Assembly (NCBI RefSeq): GCF_036365525.1 | Contig: NC_090396.1 | Coordinates: 40,846,689-40,910,688, forward strand | Reading direction: 5' to 3' | Length of the DNA stretch: 64,000 nucleotides | Source of the DNA: Heterodontus francisci | Taxonomy: Eukaryota | Position numbers and translations under genes: made by a program | Notes under the pieces: model-generated | Seen by the model: the letters and a program-made list of their open reading frames with translations, nothing else | What the model was told of the DNA's origin: nothing | Databases searched by the model: none | In this document: in pieces, positions 46,552 through 59,969 of the stretch | Layout of the letters: each line of letters opens with the position of its first letter | Numbering within the stretch: the first letter of the stretch is position 1

Positions 46552-49500
46552 CTCACACAGAGATGTGACAGTCTCCCAATGACAGGCGCCGTCTTCTTCG
46601 GCATTGGCGCTCTGACATTTGTAGATAGCTCAAACGCGGGCAGTAGACCCTGCCTGCTGGGTAGGCTCATCTCCTGACAGGTGGTTGCACCAGGGCCACT
46701 CTGTCATCTTCATCCCGTCCCCCATTACGAGGATGCACTGGGCCAGCAGGTTGCATTAGATGAGCCACCTCTAAATTGGATAATTCCCATTGATGCTGTG
46801 CTCCAGAGATGCAATTATTTCAGGTATTACCAGCCTGCTGTAAGCACAGGCACACACAACCCCCACCCCTTCACCCAATAAAGCAATACTGCTGTGGCCT
46901 GACCAGGAGTGACTAACACTCAAATGACCCCTGCTGAACCAGCAGAAATAACCCCAAACTTAAAAGTCACGCAAAGAAATATCAATGAACAGTGAACCAA
47001 AAAAATACCATAAAATTTGACAGCCGACATTAAATGGCTGTTAAGTGCTTTATTGACGACCTCAATTGGTCTTTAATTGATGCTAAGCGGACGGCGAGTG
47101 GCGACTCAATCTCGCCCACTATACGACCAACGTAAAATGGCATGTGGGCATCATGACATCGGGGATCCAACCCGACGTCATCGGCCACCATTTTACGCCT
47201 TGGCTGCCTCGGAGGACTCCCGTTTTTATACGGTAAAATTCCGGCTGTGTTCCTGGAAAGAAAAGGTAAGATTTGCATGAATCAAAAAAGCACAGACTTG
47301 TTCTTAAAAACTCCTGTGCTTTTGTACATAACCCAAACTGAGGTGTAATACCATAGATGACCAGCAGAAGGTAGCAAGTCAATCAAAATTTCATTACTGT
47401 CCTTGAAACAGTAACATGAACAGCTGGCAGAGGGTAGCAATTATATGAAATGCCTGTTGTTCCAAGATAATGTGTGAATCACCGATAGAGGGTCAGATAT
47501 ACTAAAGTACTTCCCGAAGTGCCCAGACATCACAAGAGGATACAAATTTTTAAAAAACTCTAAAAATTTACCTTCCCTCTTATCATATCATTGGATTGAC
47601 CATTGAGTGAGTCCAAGGTTTTTACCTCCAGTACCATAACAAGGATATTATTCCAAGTGCTGATCACTCTTTAGTATAAGCAGTTCTTCCTGAAATCTAT
47701 CCTATACTTTTGTTGCACACACTCCTCATGTTGTATTATCCGACCTGGATAAGTGTGCAGAAAACCAGCAACTTACTGAGGATTCCAATACTACTATGAA
47801 TTCTATTGCTCCATCTTTATTTTTCTAGCATTATCTTGCCTCAATGTGTCTTCTTTTTTCTAAAAACTAAATACACCCTTATCTTTGTTCGTCTGTATAA
47901 TAGATGCAAGTGTATTTCATCAGAATCTTTTTTTTTGTTCTGTTTCTGGTCATTTACATCAACCAGGAATGCATACCCCAGTGACCTCATTTGGCCTCAG
48001 ATGGACATATTTCACAGACTGTCCTGTTCATTATTCTGGCCATGTTGATGAAGTAGTGCAATAGAATATTTATATATGTTTAAAAAAAACCCTTCTAAAT
48101 GCAGTGGTGAAAAGACAACAGTAATCATTAATATTGACATAAGCTGGTATTTTCTGAACTGTTTGATTTGAGGAGAGATTTCACTTGTACATTCACTGAA
48201 AGAAAACTCTTTATCCCCAAACATATCTGCAATATTGGGCATTGAATGGGTCTTCAGAAAGCTCAACATCGACTTTTATTTCCAATAGCAATTAGATACC
48301 CTTGAAGATAAATGAACCATAACACAAGCAATTTGCTCTTAGATCCAAAGTTAACCTTTGAAGTTAATCATTGAAATGAACATACAAGGTAAAATGCTCC
48401 AAGCTCATTGAAGGTGGCTCATGGCCCTTCCATTAATTACAGTTGTTGACCATCTCCTCCTTACCTCATACTGTAATGATTTTCTTTGATATGCCAACAA
48501 ATACAGAAAGATCTTGGTTTAAATCCCAGACTCTCAATTTTCAATTGCAGTTACAATCTTGAAGAGCTTACAAATTTCTAATCTTCGCACCAAAGTTCCA
48601 GTTGGCGTGCCAAACAGAAATATTGGCAATTTGACTTGAACTTTTTATCATAACCAGCCAGTTAACACATTTTCTCTTTTAGATGCTGACCAACCCACTG
48701 TATATTTCCAACATTTTCTCTTTTTACTTTGGATTTCCCAATATGTGATTTTTAAAAATAAAAAGCTCTATATTTCAATTGTTGATAGAAAATATTCAGT
48801 TATAATCCTAAAATTATCATATCTCCATCTGATCAATGTCTCCCAGCTCACAGTCACCCTTACTCCGATTCTTGTAATGCTGCTTCACTACTCCCTCTAC
48901 ACCAACACTGGAGTCTATTCTACAACTAGCTACAGGGTTTCTGTTGCCCTGAATTTTCCTTCAAATCTATCTTTCTTCGACCATATGTAAACCCATTTCT
49001 CCCCTGATGCTCCAGCAGTTTGCCTTTCTGTTCAGTGTTCACCTCTCCTTTATGTTAAATGCTCGGAGATATTTCTTGTATGTGAGCAGCCCTGTGGAAA
49101 CCCAAGTCGCTGTTGCCAATAAACTGCATAGCAAGTTATTTTACAATGTGACAAACCAGACCACATCCTTTAATCATATTATAGAAAGACGCAGGCATTT
49201 TATTGCATATGTCTCAAAATAATTTTTAAAGGATACAGCAGAATGAAAGATCCATTACCTTTTACATGATGTGATAGGAAATTAGAACATGCACCATGAA
49301 GGAGACCATTCGGCCTATCATTCCTATGCCAGCTATTTGAAAGAGAAATCCAATTACTCCCACACCCTTGCACCTGCACCATAGCCCTCTAAATTTTTCA
49401 TTTTCAAATATTTATCGGATTACCTTTGAAAGTTACTATCGAATCTGCTTCTACCATCCTTTTAGGCAGTGTATTTGAGATCACAACAACTTGTGTCAAA

Positions 49501-50399
49501 TAATTTTTTCCTTTTCTCCCCTCTAGTTCTTTTGCCAATTACCTCAAATCTATTTCCTTTGGTTACTGACCCTCCAGTCAGTGGAAACAATTTCTCCTCG
49601 CTAACTCTATCAAATTCCTTCATGATTTTGAACACCTCTATTAAATTCTCCCCACTTGACCTGTCTGCATATTTTTCATGAACAGTGCTCTCTACAATAA
49701 TAAGCAGCTGACTATCAGTTTTATAGTCGATAATGTCAAGGTTTTAATCTAATTTACAGATTCAAAATTCAGCTTTTAGGATATAATCTTTATCTCCCAT
49801 ACTGTGTTCTGTAGTTTTGTAGTGATGATTGGATATTAAACAACATCACAAAAACAGATTATCTGGTCATTGCCATTTGTGGAACCTTGCTGTGTGTAAA
49901 TTGACTGCCGCATTTGCCTATAAAACAATAGTCATTATACCTCAGAAGTAATTCATTGACTACTAATTGCGTCGGAGCTGCCTGAGATTGTGAGAAGCAT
50001 TATATCAATGCATGTGCTCCCTTCCTTTACTGTTGAGACACTTCTTAGTTAAAATGACAACTTTTTTTCTTACCATTGTCTGAATACTCCCAATTCCTCA
50101 GTGTTGAACGCCACAAATCCAGTTTAACTAAAGGCCGGCAAATAATTAATGTCTTTTGTGATATGGTTATTGCAGTATCAATAGAATATGGAGCAATCGT
50201 TTATGTCAAAAGTGCTTTTCTGACTCGAGATACATTTTCACACTTCCTGAGCTTATGCCTTTCATCTGCAACTAAAATAAAAGGTGTTTGACACCAGAAG
50301 CTGATTCAGATGTCGATAAATACCTCTTCCCCCACCAAATAAGATGTGTTAAACTCTTAACAGACTTTTCAACAGTAAAAGCACAGCTATCGTAAAGCA

Positions 50400-50720
50400 C
50401 AGAACAGAAAGGTAGAGCCAGTTTCACTTTTTGCTTTCCTTCAGTTTAGTTTTTCAGTTAAGGAGTTTGTTGTTTCCCTGGTCACATTAAATTTTCCATT
50501 TTAATTTTGTTTGTGCTTTTCACATTTTGTTTTCAAGAATGGTTGATAAATTTCCACACAAACTTCCTCCTGAGTGTTATGACTGTTCACCGTGTTTTTC
50601 TCTTCTATTTTCGCCTTGAATCATTTCTTCACTGAAAAACAGTGAAACACATGTCTGTGGGTGTGTTTCAGGTAGCACAGAGGTTGGTGTCTATGAAGTA
50701 CTCCTCCTGCACTTTTACTG
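50400..50720. promoter_or_regulatory. Cluster of IRF/ISRE-like and ETS motifs
   Basis: AGTTTCACTTT (50420-50430) followed by further TTTC repeats, AACTTCCTC (50561), GAAAAACAGTGAAAC (50634). Confidence 0.3.
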
Positions 50721-52344
50721 TAAGTCTGTGGAGAACTTTTGTTGTTTAGAAATGAAATGACTGACATCACAATTCACTCTTGCAGTTGAGAATAATAGAT
50801 ACCAGTGACTGAAAGCAGTAATATCATCAGTTCAGAAGGTATTATCAACTAGAAGAGTGAAATTTGAGTAGGTTATAGCTCTCATGCAACCAGAAAATGT
50901 GTGATGCATTATTGAACTATGTATATTAAGAAGTTGTAACATTTAATCCTTTGCTCTGCTAATTGATCTTTGGGGTAGTAGTGGTAGCACAATGATTGAC
51001 TTCAACTTGTTTACCTAGCTCCTAATGATTATTAACTGAGCCCTAGTGGAAAGTGTATGTATGTGAACATCAGGTGACAATTTCTATGATCAAATAGTCT
51101 TCTAACACTCATGCAAAAATATGGCCTCTTGGGGTACTGTCCAGAAGACTGTTGGCACATGTAGAAGAAGCACTGCTTGCCGGAGATTAATGACAAGGAG
51201 AGAAAGTTGGAAAAAAAATCTTTTAAAAAAACTGCCCCATAAATTTTGAGATATGGTTCTAGTCTTGGCACCAATTCCATCCACCTTTAATTTACTATAT
51301 TTTAAAAAATGATTCTCTTTTGCATGGAATCATTGTGCATGTTGGCGGTGACTTGGGGCCATTACATCAGACCTGTGCATATGAGAGTTAGCTGGCCAAG
51401 TGCATGGGGGTGAGCTCATACCTGGAGCTCATAAAGTTAAGCTATTTGATGATTGTAATGTCATCACTCGAGATATTGACTAAGAATCTGCTTGTATTGC
51501 TGGGAAATAACAGTCAATGTATATATTCATAAAACAGCTAGTAGATCTCCTACAGCTTTGACAATAGTGAGTTGGAGAATGCTGTTCTATAATGTGGGCT
51601 TCCTAACCAATGACAGTGACCATCCTATTCCAACCGAAGCAGAAAACTCCAAACTACACATACACAAGAAAGTTGCTCTTCCTCTCTCTTTCTCCACATT
51701 GTACTCAACTGGTTCTGTCTCTATCTTTCTGTCTTGCCTCAGCAGGGCCTTTTCAACAACACACCCCTGCAGCAACCACCCACCACCACCACACCACAAT
51801 GAGAACCTACCATCAAAATTAGGTTGTCTTTCCCTTCTACCCCTACAAAAGATATCTCTCTTGCTCTACTCATCTATCCACTCACTCTTTTTTTCCTCCC
51901 ACTCCAATAGTCTCTCTGTACTTGGATGTCCTCTCTCTTTTGCCCCAAGATGGCTTATTGCCCTCCCCCCCACCACAGTGTCTCTGCACCTCCCTTTCTC
52001 TCATGCTCCCATCCCTCTCTAATCATTAGCTGTAGCTGTATTCATGTAAGTAGATTCATCAGCTGAAAACATTACATTAGGTCTCTCAGTGTGCAGTCAG
52101 CTGACCAAGATGGAATCACAAATTATTTTGTGGAGGATGTATTTGGAGTCCAGGATATTCAGAGACCAGATGCAGCCCATTGTGCTACTTGTGGAAGCTG
52201 GAGGGCAAATTTATTGAAGCCGTTTATAGAGACGTTTGTAATTTCTTTTGGAGGGAGAAAGAAGGTTGACAGGAGGAGAGAGGAGCCCTCCCAGACAAGT
52301 GATGAGAAGGCAGTAGGAGCAGGTGGCCATGGTGATCAATTCCA

Positions 52345-55322
52345 TCATGGTAGGCCGGAAAATTGGGAAAACTTTAGAAACCAACAAAGAACGACTTTAA
52401 AAAATGGAGAAATTAGAATATGAGGGTAAACTAGGAAGAAGTATAAAAACAGACAGTAAGAGCTTTTGTAAGCATATAAACAGGAAGAGAATAGCTAAAG
52501 CAAACATTGATCCCTTAAAGGATGAGACTGAGGAATTAATAATGGGAAACAAGGAAATGTCAGAGACTTTAAACAAATATTTTGTATCTGTATTCATGGT
52601 AGAAAACACTAAAAGCATCCCAATTATAGTAGAAAATGGGGGGACAAAGGGAGGGAGGAACTTAAAACAATCGCTATCACTACAGAAAAAGTACTAGGAA
52701 AACTAATGGGATAACCTACAAAATACTTAGAGGTAGATGCAGGGTAGATGCAGGTAAGATGTTTCCCCTGGCTGAGGAGTCTAGAATCAGGGGACACAAT
52801 TTCCAAAGAAGGACAGAGATGAGGAAACATTTATTTATTCAGAGGGTTGTGAATCTTTGGAATTCTCTACCCCAGAGGGTTGTGTAAGGTCAGTCATTGA
52901 GTATGTTTAAAGCAGAGATTGACAGATTTCTAAATACCAATGACATAAGGGGATATTAGGATAGTGTGGGAAAAAGGCATTGAAGTTGATGATCAGCCAT
53001 GATGGTATTGAATGACTGAGCAGGCTCGATGGGCTGAATGGCCTACTCCTGCACCTATGTTCCTATATTAAAGCTATCAAGGGACAGGGGGATAGTGCGG
53101 GAAAATGGCATTGAGGTAGAAGATCAGCCATGATCGAGATGAATGGCAGAGCAGGCCCCAAGTGGCCGAATGCCCTACTCCTGCTTTTATTTCTACTCCT
53201 GCTCCCATGTTCCTTTTAAAAATGTTTTTCAGAAATTAAAGATAGAAGATTGGTTGATTAACATTTAATTAGCCATTCTTCAGTTTGATGTAAGCATGCT
53301 ATTCCAACATAGGGGTGTCACAACCAAGCCAGATACTGTTGTCTTCACCCAGGACATTGTTGCAGGAATTTCTTTGGGTCGTGTCTTAGGCGCAACCATC
53401 TTCAGCTACTTCATCAATGACCTTCCCTCCAACTTAAGGTCAGAAGTGGGTGGCACAGTGGTTAGCGGCCTCACAGCTCCAGCGACCTGGGTTCGATTCT
53501 GGGTACTGCCTGTGTGGAGTTTGCAAGTTCTCCCTGTGACCACGTGGGTTTTCGCCGGGTGCTCCGGTTTCCTCCCACAGCCAAAGACTTGCAGGTTAAT
53601 AGGTAAATTGGCCATTGTAAATTGCCCCTAGTGTAGGTAGATCGTAGGAGAAATGTGGGGATGTGGTAGGGAATATGGGATTAATGTAGGATTAGTATGA
53701 ATGGGTGGTTGTTGGTCGGCACAGACACGGTGGGCCGAACGGCCTGTTTCAGTGCTGTATCTCTAAATAAATAAATAAATAATAAATAAAGGTTGACAAA
53801 TCCCCGGGACCTGATGGCCTGCATCCTAGGATCTTAAAAGAAGTGGCTGAAGAGTCAATGATTGGTTGTAATCTTCCAGAATTCCCTAGATTCTGGAAAG
53901 GTCCCAGTGGATTGGAAAACCGCAGATGTAACACCTCTATCAAGAAAGGAGGGAGACAGAAAGCAGGAAACTATAGATCAGTTATCCTAACATTGGGAAA
54001 AATGCTGGAATCTATCATTAAGGAAGTAGTGGCTGGATATTTGGAAAATCATAATAAAACCGTGTTGAATCTCCATGATTGTATGAAAGAGAAATCGTGT
54101 TTGACAAATTTATTAGAGTTTTTGAGCATGCAATGAGCAGGGTGGATGAAGGGGAACCAGTAGATATAGTGTAGTTGGATCTTCAAAAGGCATTCGATAA
54201 GGTGCCTTATAGAAAGTTACTACACAAGATAAGAGCTCATGGTGTTGGGGGTAATATATTAACATGGATAGAGGATTGGCTAACTAACGGGAAACAGAGA
54301 GTTGGGATAAATGGGGCATTTTCAGGTTGACAAACTGCAATTAGTGGGGTACCACAGGGATCAGTGCTGGGGTCGCAACTATTTACAATCTATATTAATG
54401 ACGAATGAAGTGATAGAATGTACCATAGCAAAATTTGCTGATGATCCAAAGATAGGTGGGAAAGCAAGTTGTGAGGAGGACAGTCCTCAAAGGGAAATAT
54501 AGATAGGTTAAGTGAATGTGCACATATTTGTCAGATGGAGTATAATGTAGGAAAATATGAAGATATCCACTTTGGTAGGAAGAACAGAAAAGGAAATTAT
54601 TATTTAAATGGAGAGAGACTACAGAATACTGTGGTACAAAGGGATCTGGGTTTCTTCTTACATGAAACACAACGACCTAGCATTTAGGTAACTGCAAGTA
54701 ATTAGGAAGGCAGATGGAATGTTGGCTTTTATTAAAAGGGGGATGGAGTATAAAAGTAGGGAAGTCTTGCTACAACTGTACAGGGCATTAGTGAGACCAC
54801 ATCTAGAGGAGGGATATACCTGCATTGGAGGCAGTTCAGATAAGGGTCACTAGGTTGATTCCTGGGATGAGGGTGTTGTTTTATGAGGAAAAGTTGAGCA
54901 GGTTGGGTCTATACTCATTGGGGTTCAGAAGAATGAGAGGTGATCTTGTTGAAAAACAAGATTGTGTGGGGGCTTAACAGGGTGGATGCTGAGAGGATGT
55001 TTCCCCTCATGGGAGAATCTAGAACTAGGGGACACAGTTTCAGAATTAGAGGTTTTCCCATTTAAGATGGAAATGAGGGAGAATTTCTTCTCTTAGAGTA
55101 TTGTTAATCTTTAGAATTCTCTACCCCGGAAAGCATTGATCATATTGAAGGCTGAGTTAGAGTTTTGATTTACAAGGGAGTCAAGGGTTATGGGGGGCAG
55201 GTGGGAAAGTGGAGTTAAAGTCACAAACAGATCAACAATGACCTTATTAAATGGCGGAGCAGGCTCGAGGAGCTGAATGGTCTACTCCTGTTCCTATTTC
55301 TTATGTTCTTATATTTCTTATG
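52345..55322 (+). mobile_element. Decayed CR1 LINE with nested CR1 tails, a CR1-group fragment and a SINE
   Basis: KLEYEGKLGRSIKTDSKSF, KKGGRQKAGNYR, AKFADDPKIGG; 3' tail at ~55260-55322; insert cluster ~52710-53790. Confidence 0.85.
53449..53789 (+). mobile_element. V-SINE (HE1-like)
   Basis: ggtggcacagtggttagc..ggttcgattctgggtactgcc..(taaa)n. Confidence 0.88.
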
Positions 55323-55329
55323 TCCTTGT

Positions 55330-56700
55330 TGAAGTCTGATGATGTGCTCATGGACATCGCGTCTGGAAAGTGAATGTGCCAATGTCTCCTCCCCTCTTGA
55401 GGTGGTCACCAAACCCCTGGTAGGAAGGGCTGCACCCTCATGATGACCAGGCTGTGGAGGATGTAACAAAATACTACAAATTGAGACCCCTGCTCGGCGA
55501 GTACTGGAGGGTTTCCCCCGAACGGTCCAGGCAGTGGACGCGTTGCTTCAGCACCCCAATTGTCTGCTCAGTGACGTACCTCATGGCAGTATGCTTCTCT
55601 TTATATAAGCCCTGGCCACATGTGGTGGGGCTGCGGGGGTGAGTCATCAGCCAGGTGCAGAGTGGATAGCCCTCATCACGGGCAGCCATCCTTTGGTTCA
55701 ACATGGTACCTGAAAGATTGCTGGATCAACCGACTGGCGCAGGATAAATGAACCAAGACTGCTGCCAGGATAGTGGGCATTCATCAGCATGTGAGTGTGG
55801 TCACACACCAATGCACATTAAGTGAGTGGTACCCTTTGCAGTTTTGATGCTTCTCGGCAGTGAAATGTGGTACTCACAAAGTCTCTGTTTAGGGAGAAGA
55901 CAATGAAGTCTTCTGACCTGACATACAGAATCTCTGTGACCTCCCGGATGCAGCGATGAACGACTTACTGTGAGGATGTTTACAATGTCACACGTTCCAG
56001 CCTGAAAGGATCCGCTGCCGCAAAAACTTAGGGCCATGATCACCTTGACGTCCTCACTCTGCTGTAAGACTACAGGTCTGGTTCCAAGAGGTGGCACCGT
56101 TCTGTGACCACTTCCTTGGGGAAATCACAGCCACCAAACACACTGCTCCTGGCTTAGGTGCAGGTACAGAAAGTACTCTCTGAAGACTTTAGGTGGGTAA
56201 GGCCTCCTGTTGAGAGGCCTCTTCCTCCTTCCTCTGCAAGCAGTTTGTCTTCTCTGCTGCCTCTACTTCATCCCTCTCTGATACTGCATCTCAAGAGGGA
56301 CTTCAACTATAGTCCCCATGACTGGGAGCAAGTGATGTAGTCAGAGGCCTTTCAGTAACAACCAAAACCTTCTTAATATCCAGCACCAATCCCTGCCATC
56401 TTTACCAACTTTGTTGAACCCCTCCAAACACCCAGTATTGCCATAAACCCAGCAAGCAACGAACTTGCAAGTTGGATGATGATGTCTTTAAATAGCGCTG
56501 GAGGGAGTTTCAGCTGTGAGTTGGAGAGAGGGCATTGACTAAAGTAGTGGGGTTGAAAATGGCAGGTCGACATCAGCGTTAGCCACTGACTGACATCGTG
56601 AGCTGCGTACTTCCAATGCATGCTCGCATTGCCCTCAACAGCATGGTGTTCGTTGCATGCCTCTATTTTCTTCTAAACCAACAGCCACAGTGTCACCAGT
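55330..56700 (-). mobile_element. Decayed Harbinger transposase fragment
   Basis: VKVIMALSFCGSGSFQAG, DEGYPLCTWLMT, EQTIGVLKQRVHCLDRSG. Confidence 0.8.
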
Positions 56701-57261
56701 GCTACAGTGAATTTTATGGCTTGTGTTTATTCCACGGATTCTTTTATTGAATGGGTTAAAACAAATATTAAAACATATAAATGTTCAAGTGTTTAGTGCA
56801 CTCAGTAACTAAAGTGCAAACTCACACTCAGCCTGAGGAACTGTATTTCTATTCTTCATTGGAGTTGCAACATCACTCGAGAGTTATGAACAGTCTGATA
56901 TTTTGTGCTCTACAACTGTACTTTCATGGCACTAAACATTAACTCAGCAAACTGTTTTCTTCAAAAAGAATTAAATCAATACTAACTATTATTATGCTTC
57001 TGTTTATTATAAAATAATTCTGGGGGATTGCAATGTGGTTGGGGGCTTTTTCAGGTAGGGTAACTTCCTGGAACAGAATTTGCTGGAATAGAAAAGTGCA
57101 TCAAATTAGCATCAGACGCAATTTACACCACATCAGAGTAAACGCTTGTAACATTCAATGTTGTTTTGCTAATGTACAGAAGCATGTGAAAATAGTGCCT
57201 CCACTTACATCAACACCTATCAATAAACTAGTTACAATCATTAGTTCTTTGCAAATGTATT

Positions 57262-58038
57262 GGGCTGGATCTTGTGAAGACAGCGGGGCTCCTGGCGCTG
57301 GCCTGAAAAGTTGGAGGTGGGGAGAGGGGGGGATTCTCCGCCTCGGCCTTTTCATGCCTCTACCCCGGCGCAATCCACAGTTATTCTGGACGCAAAGTTT
57401 CTGGCACTGGAATCCCCATTCCTTTAAAGATGGGGGTCCTGCCTTCAAGAGCTGCTGGCAATCACAGGTCGGTAGCTCAGCAGTATCGGTAGTGCCACTG
57501 GGAGCAGTGGCCGCTGCTGGTACTGCAGAGGCCTCAGACCCAGGCCTAGTGCTGGAACCCCGCGCCTTAGGCAAGTGAGGCGGGGTCACTGGGGCCAGTC
57601 CAGAAGGCCCAGGTAAGGGGGGTTAGAGGTTGGTCATAAAGCTCAGGGGGAGGGCTGGTCCTGGGAGGTGCATTGTTTCCCGGCTGGGGCCCTCATGAGC
57701 CACAGATTTCTCATGGAGGAGGGAACCCCCACCCTCCCCAAGCCCAAAGGAGGGTGTCTCATTTTACAAGGCACCCTCTCCGCGTGGCGGAGGTTCCCTG
57801 CGTGGCGGAGGTTCTCCGCGATACTGGTTAGATCCCAACAGTGGGAGTAAGAGGCCACTAATAAGGGCCTCAATTGGCCTCTGGCGGGAAGGTCATCATT
57901 GGCCTATCCCATCCCCAGGAAAATCAGTTGGTGACAGGGAGATGACAGGCCCTCCGCTTTCTACCTCCACCACCCGTCGCAGTTCAATGAGCTTCCCCAC
58001 CTCTGACCTCGTCTTACGGGGCCCATAAAATCCAGCCC
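57262..58038. mobile_element. Harbinger-family MITE
   Basis: TIR gggctggatcttgtg / cataaaatccagccc and TSD ATT. Confidence 0.82.
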
Positions 58039-58059
58039 ATTGAATAAGGAGCAGTTTCG

Positions 58060-58720
58060 TGTCATAGGAGTAGGCTATTCAGCCTCTCAATTCTCTCTGC
58101 TGTTCAGTTAGCTCACAGCTCGTCTGTACCTCACTTCATTTACCCACCTTAGCTCCATATCCCTTGACACCCTCATATAATAAAAATCTATTGATCTCAG
58201 TCTTGAAAGCTCCAATTGTCCCAGCATCCACTGTGTTATGGAAAAGAGAATTCTACATTTCAACGACACTTAGTGTGGAAAATCTGCTTCCTGATTTCCC
58301 TCATAAATAGTCTGGCTCTAATTTTAAAATGATGTCCTCTGGTGTGGAAACAAGGAGAGGAAACAGTTTCTCTGTATCTACCCTATGAAATCATTTTAAG
58401 CACCTCAATTCCATCACCCCGCAATCTTCTATACACAAGAGAATAAAAATCAAGTTTATGCAATGTGTCCTCAAAATTTAACCCTCAAAGTCCTGTTATC
58501 ATTCTGGTGAACCTAGGTTGCACCCCTTTCAAGGCCAGTATATCCTTCCTGAGGTGTTGTGCCCAGAACAGAAAGCAGTATTCCAGATGGGGTCTGACCA
58601 CGGCTGAATACAAGTGAAACATAATTTCCTCTGCTTTGTAATCCAGCTCCTTGAGATAAAGGTTAACATTTCATTAGCCTTGTTGATTGCATTTTGTACC
58701 TGATTTAAATGATTTCTGCA
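58060..58720 (-). mobile_element. Old CR1 3' fragment
   Basis: ggagtaggctattcagcc..; QVQNAINKANEMLTFISR. Confidence 0.75.
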
Positions 58721-58729
58721 TCTGCTCAA

Positions 58730-59625
58730 GTCCCACCTCATCCTCAACCTGTTATCTGGCATGAAGTACAAGCTGCAGATGGTGTGACCATAAATCATTT
58801 GCTTTTAATCCCATCCCCCTTCCCTCACCCCAACCCTCCTCTTCTGCATTTTTGCCTTTAGGTAGCCAAGATTTGCTGCCCGTCCAGCCAGTCCAGCCTC
58901 ATGATGAAAGGCGTGAGCAACAGCAGATTTCTGATGAAGAAGCACCCGATGCCGATACTTTGCATATGTTAGACGTTAGAAGAGAGGTGGGATCTGCATG
59001 AGTGGGCTTCAGCCAGGGTATGGGGAAAGGACAGTGTGTGTGCTGGCTCTCTGGAGGGTGAGGTCGCACATGCGTTCTGCTACTGGGGACTCAGATGAGG
59101 ACTTTGATGGGGTGGTATACAAGAGAATGCTGATGAGCCTGCACATAGAGATGCTTGGTACATTGGCAGTCCTGCCACAGAGACTGTTGTCACTGTCAAG
59201 GAGCATGGAGAAGTCCAGCTCCAACTTGACACAGGGCTTTGTGCGGAGGCTGGAGTCCATTCTTTCCAATGTGGAAGTAGTGACCAACTCCAAGACAGCA
59301 CTTGTGGCCCCACTTTTGCTGAAGTCCCCTCTCATTGTGCACAGGGCCTCTGTTACCTGTCTGGTGCAGCGATAGATGGTGAACTGTTGATATGTTGATA
59401 ATGTCACCTGCTCCTGCCTGGAATGATGATCTGGCATAGAAATTGAGGGCAATGGTGATCTTCACAGCCACTGGCAGCACTGTCCTTGTCCTGCTTGCAC
59501 AGCTGTAGGTCAGGTTGCGGGAGGTAGCATTGTTCAGTGACCATCTCCTTGGTGAATCATAGGCACCTCAGAAACTGCTCCTGGCTGAGGTGGAGGTAGG
59601 AAGTGTGTTCTCTGAAGACCCTTAG
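58730..59625. mobile_element. Internally deleted Harbinger remnant (Myb-gene part on +, transposase part on -)
   Basis: + strand GDSDEDFDG..RMLMSLHIEMLG..LSRSMEKSS; - strand LPVAVKITIALNFYARSSFQAG. Confidence 0.65.
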
Positions 59626-59969
59626 TATCTTATTATCTGGCTTCTTTCTCTTTCTGTCTGGATATCCTCTTCTATTTCCATTAATTTGATTCTGCTCTCT
59701 CAACATGTCAGATTGTGTCAACCCTGAACTTTAAATTTGACTACCAACTCCACTTAATGATTGAGACTGTGTAATTGATTGATTAGTCTTAATCAACGAC
59801 CCTGACTCACTTTGGTGGATTCTGTGATACCAGTAAACTTTTAGTTTCTTTGTGGCTTGCTCTTTCTTTCTGATTTTCACTTGGGACTGTAAGAAGTTGG
59901 ACTATAGGAGGTTATTCCCTTTATCAGATTTTCTCTTTCCATCAAATGGTCTACATGACACTCATGGAG

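Larger units (their letters stand above)
41876..47247. mobile_element. Near-full-length two-gene Harbinger transposon
   Basis: TIR gggcaggaattttgccg / cggtaaaattccggctg and TSD TGT; convergent Myb-like and DDE transposase genes. Confidence 0.88.

Noticed and set aside
51492-52022. 176-aa ORF
   Set aside because: Low-complexity pyrimidine-rich sequence with no recognisable domain or splice support.
57033-57589. Overlapping 181-aa and 144-aa ORFs
   Set aside because: They run into a GC-rich MITE and are compositional artefacts.
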